Positions 19,403-30,283 of a DNA stretch of 64,000 nucleotides are shown here, one piece after another. Both the position numbers and the translations under genes were made by a program. This stretch comes from Pelagomonas calceolata (Eukaryota), in the NCBI GenBank assembly GCA_918797485.1, contig CAKKNE010000001.1:1922001-1986000 (forward strand), given 5' to 3'. Position 1 is the first letter of the stretch. The number at the start of each line of letters is the position of its first letter. The notes beneath the pieces were generated by a model that did no database searches, was not told the origin of the DNA, and saw nothing but the letters and a program-made list of their open reading frames with translations.

Positions 19403-22400
19403 TTACCCCGCGGGCGCCGGCGCCGGCGGCAGACTTTGTAGTGTCTGGTGCGTCACCGTCGACTCGTCGTCCTTCAGTCGCCGCGCGGCCGCCCGGGCCT
19501 CGCGCCGCCGCATCGTCTCGGTGTACGTGTCGGGGTAGGCCGCGTCGAAGAAGGGCTGATATTTCGTCGTATCCCGGTCCTTGCGCACGCGCAGCGCGAT
19601 GCCCGAGTCCTCGTCGGGATCCAGGAACTGGGAGCAGAAGACGCAGATCGGTAATCTGTTGGCCCACAAGGCTAACGACTCCGACCCGCGCTCTTTGAGC
19701 TCGTCTTCAGACAGCCCAAAGTTCTTGAGTTGCGCGATGATCACGTTGTGCGGCGCCGAGATCGTATAAGAATCCGACGGGAAGAGCTGCAGACAGAGAC
19801 CACACGCGTTATACAACCGCTTTTCTCTTCTGCGAGGCCGGCGGTGCTCGTCGATCTCGTCCTGAATCAGTTGTTTTTGATGAGCTCTACGTGTTTCCTG
19901 TTTCAACCGATAGTCGTACTCGGGGGCCACGGTGACGGGCTTCTTCTCGCCCCGATGTTTCCTCGCCTCTAACACCTCGAGGTGCGACTTGGGCTTCTTT
20001 TTAGCCACCTCCGGCGCCAAGCGCGCCGCGAGCTTCTCGAAGCGCGCTTGGGAGGCCACATATTTACTTCGGCCCTTGTTCATGGTCTGCTTCGCATCGA
20101 GCAGTTCCTCCTCTACGGTCGAAGGAGGCAATCGCCGTCGAGGCCCCGCTCTAGACTGCAAACGCCTAGATGGAGTACCCTTCTGTTTCCGTTCGCGCTC
20201 CTGCTGCTTGCCCAGATCCACATGGACATGCTTCGATCTGTCTCTATCTTCCCGTCGCTGCGTCGCGGCCGGATCGACGAGTCTGTGGTCGGTATGCACG
20301 TCCAGCGCATCCAAGACATCCCGCGGATAGCCCCCGTCGATCTTGCCATCCGAACGATCTCGAATCAAAGCTAATAAAGCCAGAAAGGCGGGCCACCTTA
20401 TATCAAGTTGGAGCGGCCCCCTATGTGCGTCATCAAGTTCACCATCTTGCACGGACTCCTCGGGGAACTTCTCGTCGAGGCGAGCGAGCTTGTACAGCTC
20501 CGACGCGATGGAGAAACACGTGTTCGCATCCAACAGTTCAAACAAACCCGCCTTTAACTTTTCCCGACGTTTCTTGGTCGACGGCGTGGCATTCCCATCT
20601 TCTTCCTTCTGCGCCGTCGAATATAGGGAAGAGGCGCACTTCCTTAGGCCCGTGTAGATGTGGGAGATGTCGATGGTCAGCGCTTCGATTCTATGACTGC
20701 CTGGTGGCGGTGCTGCCGAGTAGTCGTCAAAAGAAGGTAGAGAGGCGTCGTCGGGCGGTTTGGGGGTCGCGTCTCGAGATGCTAATGCTCTTTCGTCAGC
20801 ATGGGGGGAACACGACGCAAACAAATCTCGGGCTGTCGTGAGCTGGTCGGACGTGAAGGTACTTTCTACCGATCTACGCCGGTCCTTGATCTGGGCCTCG
20901 TGGTCGTACCTTAGCAGAGTCGTCCAGTACATCCTATCGACCTCGTGGGAATCGAAGCCTGAAGGTTGTTTATGGCGCTTTATTCTCGCCGCGAGTGCTG
21001 GAGACAGTCGAGACGTCGTAGCCACTCTAGACAGCTCAACGGGTGTCGGTTGGGCCCGATGCGTGCTAATCGACCGAGTCCCTTCGTGAAAAAAGGCCGA
21101 CTTGTCGCCGCATTGGGGCGTAGCCACAACTTTTTTTCGGCGAGACGTTACGGTATCAGTGGAAAAGAAGCTCTGCTCTTGTAAACCAATCTGGTCTAAC
21201 GTACGTGTGGTCTGTTGTTCATTTATGGTGTGCATCAGGTCGTAGAAATGATGTAACTCGTCGTCCTTGTGTTGCTTACCCTCAGCCCTAAAAACCTCGA
21301 CGGCCGCGATTTGTAGACTATGAGTACCTTCGACCTGGATGCGCACGGCCGCCGCCCTCAGAGGTTTGGAGGGAGTCCAAACAATCCTCTTCCCTTGACC
21401 GACGAACTCTTCCACACACCTCTTCCGCGCATCCGACAACCTACCTTGACCGACGGACGTCAGCAACGCAAACACATGCACAGGAGCTCTGTTTGGTGTC
21501 ACCAGCGTCACGATAACTTCTCTGATAGGGTTCGACTGGGGATCCAACTGAGCCTCCCACCAGGCCTCCTTTTCCCTCTGAGTGCGAGAAAACGTATTTT
21601 TGTCCCCGTCGACGGCGCGGTCACCGTCCAGCCCGTCACATACGGATGATTGCACACAATCGGCGCCCAACAACACATTCGGCGACTCGTCCGTATCAAG
21701 AGCATGCTGCAGCTTCAGGTCCTCCTTCATAGATTTACCCATCAAATCGACGCCGAGCTTATCTTTATATAGATTCTTTTGCGCTCCGGTCGGGCCGTCC
21801 TTGCTCAGCAATTGCGTGCAGAAGACGCATAGTTTCACTTCATCATACAAGTATGAGGGAGTCTGGAGTCTTCGAGACTCTTTTTTTTTGAGGCCTCCCT
21901 TCTCTCGAAATTCTTCGATGTACTTATTGGTCGTTAGGCCTGTGACCGACGACTGTTCGAAGTGGAGTTGGCACAAGCCGCACTTCGCATATCCGAGTCT
22001 AGCTTGGGCGTAAAAAGAAGTAGTACGGTGGTGGTGGTGCTGGCCCGCGTGGACGTCGGTGACGGGCACGTCTCTCCCAGCGACGTTGAGAGTTTTCCCA
22101 TACCAAGTAGAGATAGAACTTTCGTCATCGGCCAAGCCGTCGCCGTGGTGCTTGCCGTGGTGCGTGAGCGTCGAATTCGATGCTAGACTATCCCCTTCGT
22201 CCAGAGCCTTCTTTCTACGCGCTTCTTTCTCCTTCTTGCGCTGCCGCTGGAGCTCCATCCTTCGAGCTCGAGACATCCGCTTGTCCATCTTCTTGTCGAC
22301 TTCATCTATCAATGCTGTGACGAGCGGCGAGTCGCGGTCGATCTTGCTTTGGCCCCGCTCGACCAGTTCGATGCCATACCTCCAATACGCCGACGCCTCG

Positions 22401-22591
22401 CCGGATCTCCCGGCCGCCGAGAAGCGGTGGGCCAGCCTCTTGAGGTCTCCTTCCGTGTGTCTTGGTCTACTAAGTACGGCCTGCGCATGGCGGCCCGGCT
22501 TCGGCGGCGACGCGGCGGCCTTCTTTGCTTCCTCCTCTTCTTGAGCCTGCTCGGCTGCATAGGCTGCCGCTCGCTCCGCGGGGGTGGGCAT
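19403..22591 (-). CDS. Large protein with two CxxC..CxxC zinc-finger-like modules and a galactose-binding/fucolectin-like domain
   Basis: KCGLCQ..LCVFCTQ and ACGLCL..ICVFCSQ; QSS..RAVDGD..SRTQRE..WWE..LQIAAVEVF. Confidence 0.8.
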   Translation of the reverse strand: MPTPAERAAAYAAEQAQEEEEAKKAAASPPKPGRHAQAVLSRPRHTEGDLKRLAHRFSAAGRSGEASAYWRYGIELVERGQSKIDRDSPLVTALIDEVDKKMDKRMSRARRMELQRQRKKEKEARRKKALDEGDSLASNSTLTHHGKHHGDGLADDESSISTWYGKTLNVAGRDVPVTDVHAGQHHHHRTTSFYAQARLGYAKCGLCQLHFEQSSVTGLTTNKYIEEFREKGGLKKKESRRLQTPSYLYDEVKLCVFCTQLLSKDGPTGAQKNLYKDKLGVDLMGKSMKEDLKLQHALDTDESPNVLLGADCVQSSVCDGLDGDRAVDGDKNTFSRTQREKEAWWEAQLDPQSNPIREVIVTLVTPNRAPVHVFALLTSVGQGRLSDARKRCVEEFVGQGKRIVWTPSKPLRAAAVRIQVEGTHSLQIAAVEVFRAEGKQHKDDELHHFYDLMHTINEQQTTRTLDQIGLQEQSFFSTDTVTSRRKKVVATPQCGDKSAFFHEGTRSISTHRAQPTPVELSRVATTSRLSPALAARIKRHKQPSGFDSHEVDRMYWTTLLRYDHEAQIKDRRRSVESTFTSDQLTTARDLFASCSPHADERALASRDATPKPPDDASLPSFDDYSAAPPPGSHRIEALTIDISHIYTGLRKCASSLYSTAQKEEDGNATPSTKKRREKLKAGLFELLDANTCFSIASELYKLARLDEKFPEESVQDGELDDAHRGPLQLDIRWPAFLALLALIRDRSDGKIDGGYPRDVLDALDVHTDHRLVDPAATQRREDRDRSKHVHVDLGKQQERERKQKGTPSRRLQSRAGPRRRLPPSTVEEELLDAKQTMNKGRSKYVASQARFEKLAARLAPEVAKKKPKSHLEVLEARKHRGEKKPVTVAPEYDYRLKQETRRAHQKQLIQDEIDEHRRPRRREKRLYNACGLCLQLFPSDSYTISAPHNVIIAQLKNFGLSEDELKERGSESLALWANRLPICVFCSQFLDPDEDSGIALRVRKDRDTTKYQPFFDAAYPDTYTETMRRREARAAARRLKDDESTVTHQTLQSLPPAPAPAG

Positions 22592-23179
22592 GCTGCTGCC
22601 GCTTTGCTGGGAGCCTGAGGGGGGGGCTACAACTTGCTCCGGCTGCTGCCCTGCCTCGCGGGGCAGCCTCCTCCGGGCTTGTTGTTGAATGGGCTCCTCC
22701 GCGGTGACCCTGTAAGGCGCACGGGCGGGCGCTGCCGCGAGCTGGGCTCCTCCGCGTTAAGCGCTGCCGCTCTGCGAGAGGCTAGCAAAAAGCTCTAGCG
22801 CGGCGCTCGTCGTTTTCTCGGACTACTCTTCGCGAAGGATCAGTAGAGACGCCTCTGCTTTACGAGTCGTGCGCCACTGTGCAAATTCCCGGGCAAAAAC
22901 CGCAGCAGGACTTGGCGGGTGGCGGTGAGCGCGCTACGTCCCCACGAAGCGACCGACGAGTCGCAGCCGTTCGCGCGCGTTCAAGAGCAGCTCTCGCTGC
23001 GTGCGCGGTCGTCGCGTCCGGGCAGCCCAGGCTCCCCAGCGGGAAAGCCAGTAGCCCACCTTTGAACTCAGCGCGCGGTCGACGCCGCGCCCGGAGGTTC
23101 GAGGTTGACGCCTGTCGACGCCACACCTGGCCCGGAGGTCCTAGCTCGACGCCCCGCGACGCGGCGCGCCGGCAGAACC

Positions 23180-23710
23180 ATGATCCTCCGACGACCGTAC
23201 CTCGTCCTCCTCGCGGCCCTTACAAGAGCCGACGAGAACTACAATCTTGCGATCCCGGACCAGGACGACGAGGCCGCCCTTTTAGAAGGCGACGACTGGC
23301 GGGACCACCACCCCGACTGGATTAATGAAATAGCGTACAACCAGCAGTGCCAAGAAAAGCTCCAAAAAGAGCGTGCGCAGCGCTGGATCTGCGATGCGAG
23401 ATGGTGCGATTCGGAGGGCCGGGATTGTTATGATGGGCCGCCGCCGCACCACTTGAAATATGGTACTAGTTCTGTGGGCTCGGAAGTCAAGAAATGTATC
23501 TTCTCGCAAGTGCCCGACGAGTGCCGCGGGCGGTACAACTACGCGTGCTGCAAGCACAAGCCGAGCGGCGAGGTCGTGTTTGGCATCGTGTTTCCTATTA
23601 TAATCTTCCTCATGCTCGTGACGGCGGCGTGGCCCGAGGAGCTCCACGTCTTCGGGGGGACGTGCCTCGAGCGGAATTTAGGGATGGGCACGCCGCGGGG
23701 GTTCAAGTAA
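23180..23710 (+). CDS. Small Cys-rich single-pass membrane protein with signal peptide
   Basis: MILRRPYLVLLAALTRA signal; C-terminal TM VVFGIVFPIIIFLMLV. Confidence 0.75.
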   Translation: MILRRPYLVLLAALTRADENYNLAIPDQDDEAALLEGDDWRDHHPDWINEIAYNQQCQEKLQKERAQRWICDARWCDSEGRDCYDGPPPHHLKYGTSSVGSEVKKCIFSQVPDECRGRYNYACCKHKPSGEVVFGIVFPIIIFLMLVTAAWPEELHVFGGTCLERNLGMGTPRGFK

Positions 23711-23711
23711 T

Positions 23712-25042
23712 CTACACCTTAGTAGTCTTCTCGCCTCCGAGCCTCGGGACGGAACTCCGCCAGGCGGTCGGCGCTTTTTTATCTCGGGACCGTGGGGTGG
23801 TCGTAGCCTTCGCGACGACGTCGAGCCGGCCGCAGCCCTCGACGCAAGTGCCGCCGACGAAGAGGCCTGCTGGCTTTTCGTCGCTCGCCGCTATACAGTG
23901 GGGCCGGTGGTGCCTCTCATTTTTGAGGACGCAGTGGGCGTTCTGGTGGTTCGAAAAATGTTGCCAGAAGCCGCGGACGTTGTTCTCGACGAGTCCGTCG
24001 CCGGCGAGAAACCATGCCGGCAGGCCGTCGAGGTCGTGGAACCGATGTCGATTCCCTTGGAGCTCGTGGACGAGCCGCCCAATGTTCGACGACAGCGTGC
24101 CGATGACGTAGCCGCACCGCGCCATCAGCAAAATCTCGGCCGCGACCTGCGTAGACATCAAATTTCGCGACACCCGGCTCACTGGTTGATTTCCACACCG
24201 GCCGCGACGTCGAGGGCGTGCGACTTCGAACAAGTACCAGAGACGCCGCGCTGATAATGGCCATGCGGCGTGAAGGCCACTTCCACCTTGAGGGACGGCC
24301 GCCAGCGCTGGACGTCCTTGACGATCATTTCTGAGGCGTCTTGGCGGTCCGAACAAACTAGCAAACCGTCGTAGCCGTAGGCGTTGATGACGGCAATCGC
24401 CCTCGACACATAACCTCGCGTCGCGTGCGTCCGGGCCTCCTTTGCTTTCGCGCGGTCGACGCGCGCGTGAATGGCCACGACCTGATCAGGGGGAACGTCC
24501 CCAAACAGGGCCCGCTCGAGGAAGTCGACGCGCTTCGACAAACAAGGCAGGGGCCGCGTCGCGTAGGTCGCCAGGACTGACGCCCAGAAGAACGGCGGTT
24601 TATCTTGCAGATTCTCGTTCACGGCGCTTATGGCGAAGGTCGAGTTGTGCTCCACAAACACTGTCGGAGAGGAGAGCTTGAAGCGCGTCGCTGGGATGCC
24701 GCGGTCGCGCCAGTGCGCCATGCAGGGCGAGAGCTCCTGGAAGAGCGTCGCGTAGGCGCAAGCCACGTCGTGGAACGGCGTCGCGGCGTAGGACTTGCGG
24801 CCGCGCGCCTGGTGGCAGTGGCCCTTCGCCTCGAGCGTCAGGACCCGCCCGGTCAGCAGGGACCTCGATAAAGCAGCAACAACAGTGTGAATCCCGCTCG
24901 CGAAGCCGCCGTCCCGAGGACTCGTCCGGAGCAAATCGACGGGCTTATGGCAGTCGTTCTGCGCCTCCGTGACGAGCTCGAGGGCGCGGTCGAAGTCGCT
25001 GTCTCGTGCGGCGGCCAGTGCGACGAGCAGCACGAATCGCAT
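23712..25042 (-). CDS. Secretory fucosyltransferase-like protein (GT23/NodZ-like), 2 exons (intron 24147-24208)
   Basis: Signal peptide; GGFASGIH, VAIHARVDRAK, LLVCSD, CGYVIGTLSSNIGRLVHEL; splicing restores the frame. Confidence 0.8.
24139..24208 (-). mobile_element. Introner element: 54-nt TIR element (24147-24200) flanked by perfect 8-nt TSD GTCGCGGC
   Basis: GTCGCGGC-CGGTGTGGAAATCAA...TTGATGTCTACGCAG-GTCGCGGC on the minus strand. Confidence 0.9.
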
Positions 25043-25178
25043 CGGTGGCGTGTGGGCTGCCCGATCGTCTTACGCGTGCGATTTCGCGGCCGCACGCTCT
25101 GTATGAGGCATTTTCTATGTGCTGCGTCTACCGGCAGCCATGCATACGGCAGAGGGCAGCCTCCGCGCAAGACTGTTT

Positions 25179-25201
25179 GCTAGCGGTGTATAGACACTAG
25201 C
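25179..25201 (+). promoter_or_regulatory. Copy of recurrent CTAG-bracketed upstream motif (divergent promoter)
   Basis: gctagcggtgtatagacactagc between ATG 25042(-) and ATG 25400(+). Confidence 0.5.
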
Positions 25202-25399
25202 AGCACGAGTTTTTGGCTGCTGTGCTCAAGCGCTCGCGCGGCCTGGACCCAGGACGATCGCTAACTTTTTGATTCATTCCTGATCGCTGCGTGCGTGTAG
25301 CCGCCAGTGCTGGCTGGCCAGGGAGGCTAGCCCTTACCTAGGCGTTGAGCACAAAACGCCAGCCGCCGCGGCCGGCGCGGCGGTGCGCCGAGCGGAACC

Positions 25400-26491
25400 A
25401 TGCGGCTCCACCTCCTCCTCCTCATATACGTCACACCGACAAAAGCCATCGTCGGCCGCTTCTTCCGGAGGAAGAATAGCGACATCCTGCGGCGCGACAT
25501 CCTCCAGCGCAACATCTTAGCTCAAAGAGCGGAACTAGCCCAGCTCGAAAAGCGGTTGAGGGGCGAGATCATCCAGGAGGAGGTGAGACGGCCGCCGCCG
25601 AAACCGAGGATCCACGGCGGCAACTTCGTGTCAGCTCTGAAAGAATCAAGTAACGTCTTTTTAAGAAGGTACAAGTTTCATGAAAGAAAAGGCGACGACC
25701 GAGTGAGGTGGATGTCGAACAAGACGCAGGCCGCGCTGGGGATTACTGCCGAACTAGTCACGCTGCCGCCGCAACAGCGAACGGCGAGACTCGCGACTCT
25801 CAGAAAATACGCTCCATTGTTGGTGGTCCACGCCCCGGGCATCCTAGCGAGGCTCGATAAGCTCGAACGGTTCGTCCCGGGCATCATCAACAAGATTTTG
25901 GATGGCGGCCACTTAGCAGCGATCGAACCGGAACTTGACGGAATTCTCGACCGCTTCGACGACATCGAGCCGCACGTGCCTTGGGTGTTGGAGAACATCG
26001 ATGATCTGGCGCCCTACGTCAGCTCGTTGATGCGGCATATCGACGAGTTACTCTTATATGCTGATGATGAGTACAGGTGGGCCGATGATTTCCTGCCTTA
26101 CCTGCCGTTCTTCGTTTCTAGATTAGATGCGCTGGGGCCGCATCTGCCGTTGTTGCGGCCGCACCTGAAAGTGCTGGGGCCGCACTTTCGCCGGTTGGTG
26201 CCCTGTGTCGATCCTATATTGTTGGAGTCGCAGTCGTTCTCCATCTCAGCAAATGCGGACGTGCTGCTGTGGTGGTTCTCTTGGGCTTTACGTATACCGG
26301 TGGTGGTGCCGTTGGTGGTGCGGTGTCCGGGTGGGGCTAGGTTCATCGCGTTTCTGGCGCGGCGGCTGCCTCGACGATTCGTGCGAGGGAGGTGTGCCGA
26401 CGTGGAATGCTTGGTGGGGGAGGACTACGGGAGCGACTGGAACAACGTCCGTGAGTATTTGGACGACGCCGCGCGGCCCGTAAGTTTCTGA
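25400..26491 (+). CDS. Signal-peptide protein with Leu/Pro helical repeats
   Basis: IEPELDGIL, IEPHVPWVL, LAPYVSSLM, LGPHLPLL repeats. Confidence 0.75.
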   Translation: MRLHLLLLIYVTPTKAIVGRFFRRKNSDILRRDILQRNILAQRAELAQLEKRLRGEIIQEEVRRPPPKPRIHGGNFVSALKESSNVFLRRYKFHERKGDDRVRWMSNKTQAALGITAELVTLPPQQRTARLATLRKYAPLLVVHAPGILARLDKLERFVPGIINKILDGGHLAAIEPELDGILDRFDDIEPHVPWVLENIDDLAPYVSSLMRHIDELLLYADDEYRWADDFLPYLPFFVSRLDALGPHLPLLRPHLKVLGPHFRRLVPCVDPILLESQSFSISANADVLLWWFSWALRIPVVVPLVVRCPGGARFIAFLARRLPRRFVRGRCADVECLVGEDYGSDWNNVREYLDDAARPVSF

Positions 26492-26506
26492 TCTTATGAA
26501 AGGGTT

Positions 26507-29500
26507 CTAGAGGCCCTGCGCCGACAGGTCGCCGAGCGCCTTCCGCGGCATGAGCGCCACATCTAACGCCTTCGCCAGCGAGCTTCTGCAGGGCGACTTG
26601 GGCACGTCGTTCTCAGAGGTCGACCGGACGACGTCGGGCGACGGCGGCCCGCCAGGCGCGCTCGCTTGAATCACGGCGACCGGCGGCCCAAGCCCAGTAC
26701 CAGTAACCTCGAACTCGGCCGGAGGTTGGGGAGGCTTCGCCATGTGGCGCCAGGGCTTCTCGTAGTTCTTGGTGGCCTTGAGTCGCGTCGTCTCCTCCTC
26801 GGTCTGGGGCGGAGGCGGCGGCGGCACGCTCACCGTGTCGTCGATGCGCGCGTTCACCTGCCAGGGCTTGGCGTAGGTCCTTTCTACTCGATCCCGCAGT
26901 AAGTTGCTATCAGCCGTGTCCAAGCCGTGCTTCTGCAGCGCAGAAACAGCCCGCATCAACTGGCCCATCTGCTCGTCCTCCTCCTCGTTGTTGTCCTCCT
27001 GCAGTCCGGATAATGACGCTCTGTGTCTCGCTCGACGTCGAGCGTACTCCCTTAAAGCCAGCGACGACGCGTCGTCACCGTCGACGACGGCCTTCGTCTG
27101 GACGTCGTCGTCGTCGTGATCTACTATGCGTGGAACAGGCGCCGCCGGCGTCTGCGAACAGGATAGACCAGCTAGGGACGACACGCCGGCCATCAGCGCC
27201 GACAGGGTCTCCGACCGTCGCGACGTCTCCTCCGATTGTCGAGCTTTGAACTTGGACCGTTCCTCGGCGAGCCACGACTTGTGCTGGGCCCGGTTCTTCG
27301 CGTCCAGCTCGGAGACTGTCGACCGAGCGTCTCTTTCGGCAGCTCTTGCTCGAGCTGCCTCATCAGCTAACAGTCTCAACAACGTCCGGCACTCGTCCGA
27401 CGAAGCGGTTAACGAGAGCAGCGGATCCGACGACGCTTTAGCCTCGCCGTTCAAGACGCGCGCCGCTCTTCTCTCGACCTCGGCCTCGAGCCAGTCGGGC
27501 ATGCCGTCGGCGTTGTCCTCGACGACGCGCTGGACGGTCCTCCCTCTATGTCTTATGGGAGACCGGTGGCGCTTCTCCTTCTGCGAGGCGCCTACGAGAC
27601 CAGCCCTCGCCTTCCGTAAAGCGCCTCTCGTTTCAGCTAACACTCTAGCTTGGGTCTGTTCTTGCCGCGCGAAGCGCTGCACTAATTTTGTCTTCTCGCC
27701 TCTCACCCGCTCGTTGTCCCTCCTCAGTCGCTTCGCCTCGCGCTTCCACTCGCGCGCGGCTCTCGCGTGGTCCGCGTCTCTCTGTTGTAACCTTCTTTGT
27801 AATTCCCCGCGCTTCCGTCGCGATTCCTCGACCTCCGCCCGCAACCGCCGCGCGTCGTGCTCGGCGCGATCCTTCAGCCCGCCGCACCGATCCACCTCGC
27901 TCTGGGCCCGCTTCTGTTCCCTCTTCACGCGCTCCATGGCCAGTTCGAGCTTCCGAGTCTTCTCCCGCAAGATGCGCGTAGTGGCTTCACTATCCGACGC
28001 CGACGCCTTCCTTTGTAACTCAGCTCTTTCTCTCTCAAGAGCGCAGACCTCCGTCTCGAGCTTCTCGATGGCCCGCTCGTAGTGCTGCTTCAGCGAGTCC
28101 ATGCACTTTTCTTCCAGTAACAGTGCCGCCAATTTTCTTTCTTGTTCCGTCTCGTCGTCGTCGTCCTCCTCTTCGTCACTGGAAGACGCCTCGTCATCGT
28201 CCGGAAGCTCCGACGCGATATGTACATCATCATCGACCGGCAATTGACTTTCGGCGGCCTCCGCCGCTGCTGGTGGTAAGGCTAAGCGTAAAACATCACA
28301 TCGCTTGGTCAAAGCGTCGTTCTTCGCCTGCAACGTGTCGATGGTCTTCCTTAACAATGCTGTGTCCTTCCGATGATTCTTCTCGGCCTTCGTCAGGGCC
28401 TTCTGCAGGACGCGGATCTCGTCTGGGGTGTGTGAAGCACCTCCTTCGGACTTGAGGAGGCGGACCATCTCCCTTAACGACTCCAACTCGGCCCGCTCCG
28501 CGATCTGCAGCCTTTCGGCCTTGGGGTCCACGACGACGTGGATGCCCTGCGCGGGAACGACGCCGTCGCGACACGGCCGCGGCTCTCTCGCGCGACGCGT
28601 AGACTCTCTCGCGGCCGCGTCGACGCCATCGCCGCGACCGCGTCACGTTCAAGGCCCCGGAAGACGCCGCGCGACGCACGGCCACGTTCTTCACGACCGA
28701 CGCCTTGTCGGCCCAGCGCAGCGTGTTCAAAGTCTCGTTGATATCGACGTCGCCCGGACTCACGCAGGCGACCATGCACGTGTGCGCCGTGCCGCCCAGA
28801 CTATCCGAGAGTAGTCTCGTTAATGTTGAATCCCTATAAGGTACGTGACCACCCTTCCGCTTCTCCGACGACTGGAGTTCTACAAGTCGCTGAATGACGT
28901 TCCCGAGCATGAACAATGATTTGTTGATCTCGATGCCCTCCTGCAGGCGCGTCCCCTCCGCTTGGGTTCGCTTGACGCGCTCGCTGCCGGCCAGGTCGAC
29001 CAGATGTAACTTAGAAGACGTCTTGCTTCGCCCCTCGCCACCGGCGACCTCCACGCGGAACGACAGGATCATGTGCGATCGCGACGAGTGCTCGTTCATG
29101 TTCGTGGCGGCGGTCATCCGTCTACGAGTACCCTCCCTCGTCAATGCTACCACAGCCTCAATCGAAGAAACTTCTCGCTCACTGAGTCCGGCAATCGTCA
29201 CACCCCCACCGTTCGGCGCCTCGCGCACGGCTAGAGCTTTTGGGCCCTCCTCCTCGTCGCATTCCATCAACAGGTCGCGGACCTCCTCCTGGTAGACCTC
29301 GCACATCGAGCACACCACTAAACAGCCGCGGCCTTCACTGATCAACTTCTGTCTTCTGTCAATAATCTCGGCGACAGCTCTAGGCACGACGCCGTCGACC
29401 TCGGCCTCGTCGAAGGCCGTGCCCATCGTATGCGTCTTGCCACTGCCCGTCTGCCCATAGGCAAGCACGGTCGCGTTGTACCCATCAAAGAGCTGGGCGA

Positions 29501-29708
29501 TCAACGGTTTTGCGGTTCTGTCGTACATCGTCGCGTGGCGGTCGCCTCCTCCTACTACACTTTCATTGCCGTAGTCGTGCGTGCGGCCACTGATTGTGAT
29601 GCGGCCGCCGTCCTCGTCGATGGTCGAGACGTTCTTGACGTCCTTGTCCGTCTCGTGCGGGAGGAGGGGGCGGCATCTTACTACTACTTTGACGGTCGTT
29701 TCGGCCAT
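26507..29708 (-). CDS. Kinesin-4-like motor protein, 2 exons (intron 28547-28679)
   Basis: VKVVVRCRP, AYGQTGSGKTHTMG, NEHSSRSH, LVDLAGSER, HVPYRDSTLTRLL; coiled-coil stalk in the second exon. Confidence 0.9.
28547..28679 (-). other. 133-nt GT-AG intron carrying the CGATGGCGT motif shared with the other introns
   Basis: GTGCGTCGCG...GTTCCCGCGCAG; phase 0 joins KNVA to GIHVVVDPK. Confidence 0.75.
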
Positions 29709-30283
29709 CTGTCTGTTTCTCCGTGTGGCGGGTCCGCGGTGGTGCGCGGTGCGCGTCGGCTGCGTTAGGCGCGCGTCGGCTGCTTCAATCGCCGCGGCGC
29801 GTCGGCGGACGTCGCTTTTAGCGCTAAAACGTCGGCTATGCGAACGGTGCTGTGCACGCGCCACACGCGGTCGTTTGACGCGCCGTGTGAGACTACACAG
29901 TTCTGGCGGCTTCGGAGCTGGCTGTCACACGGCAGCGCTGCGTCCAGCGGGGCCGCGTAGCGCCGATTTGGCTCACGCTGATCACGAACGGGGAAAATAC
30001 CCGCGAGTCGCGGACGCCTCCCGCGTCCGCCCTACCACCCCTCCAGGCCTCCCTCGCATCGCTAGGGAGCAAGACAGGGCCGGGCGCCGGCGCAGACCGG
30101 CACCCGCGGCGGCCGCGCAGACTCAGAGGTCGCCCCTGGCTCTACTCCTGGCACTTATTCGCGAGGAGCCCTCGGCTCCCAGGTAGCTAGCGTACCCCCA
30201 CACGCCATCGCCGCGACGCGCCCGGCTAGAGACATCTTCCGCCAGTGGCAATTTATTTCCCGCACGCAAGAGTCATAGCTTAC

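Noticed and set aside
29581..30186. 201-aa plus-strand ORF
   Set aside because: Overlaps the kinesin start antisense and is Arg/Ala/Pro low-complexity
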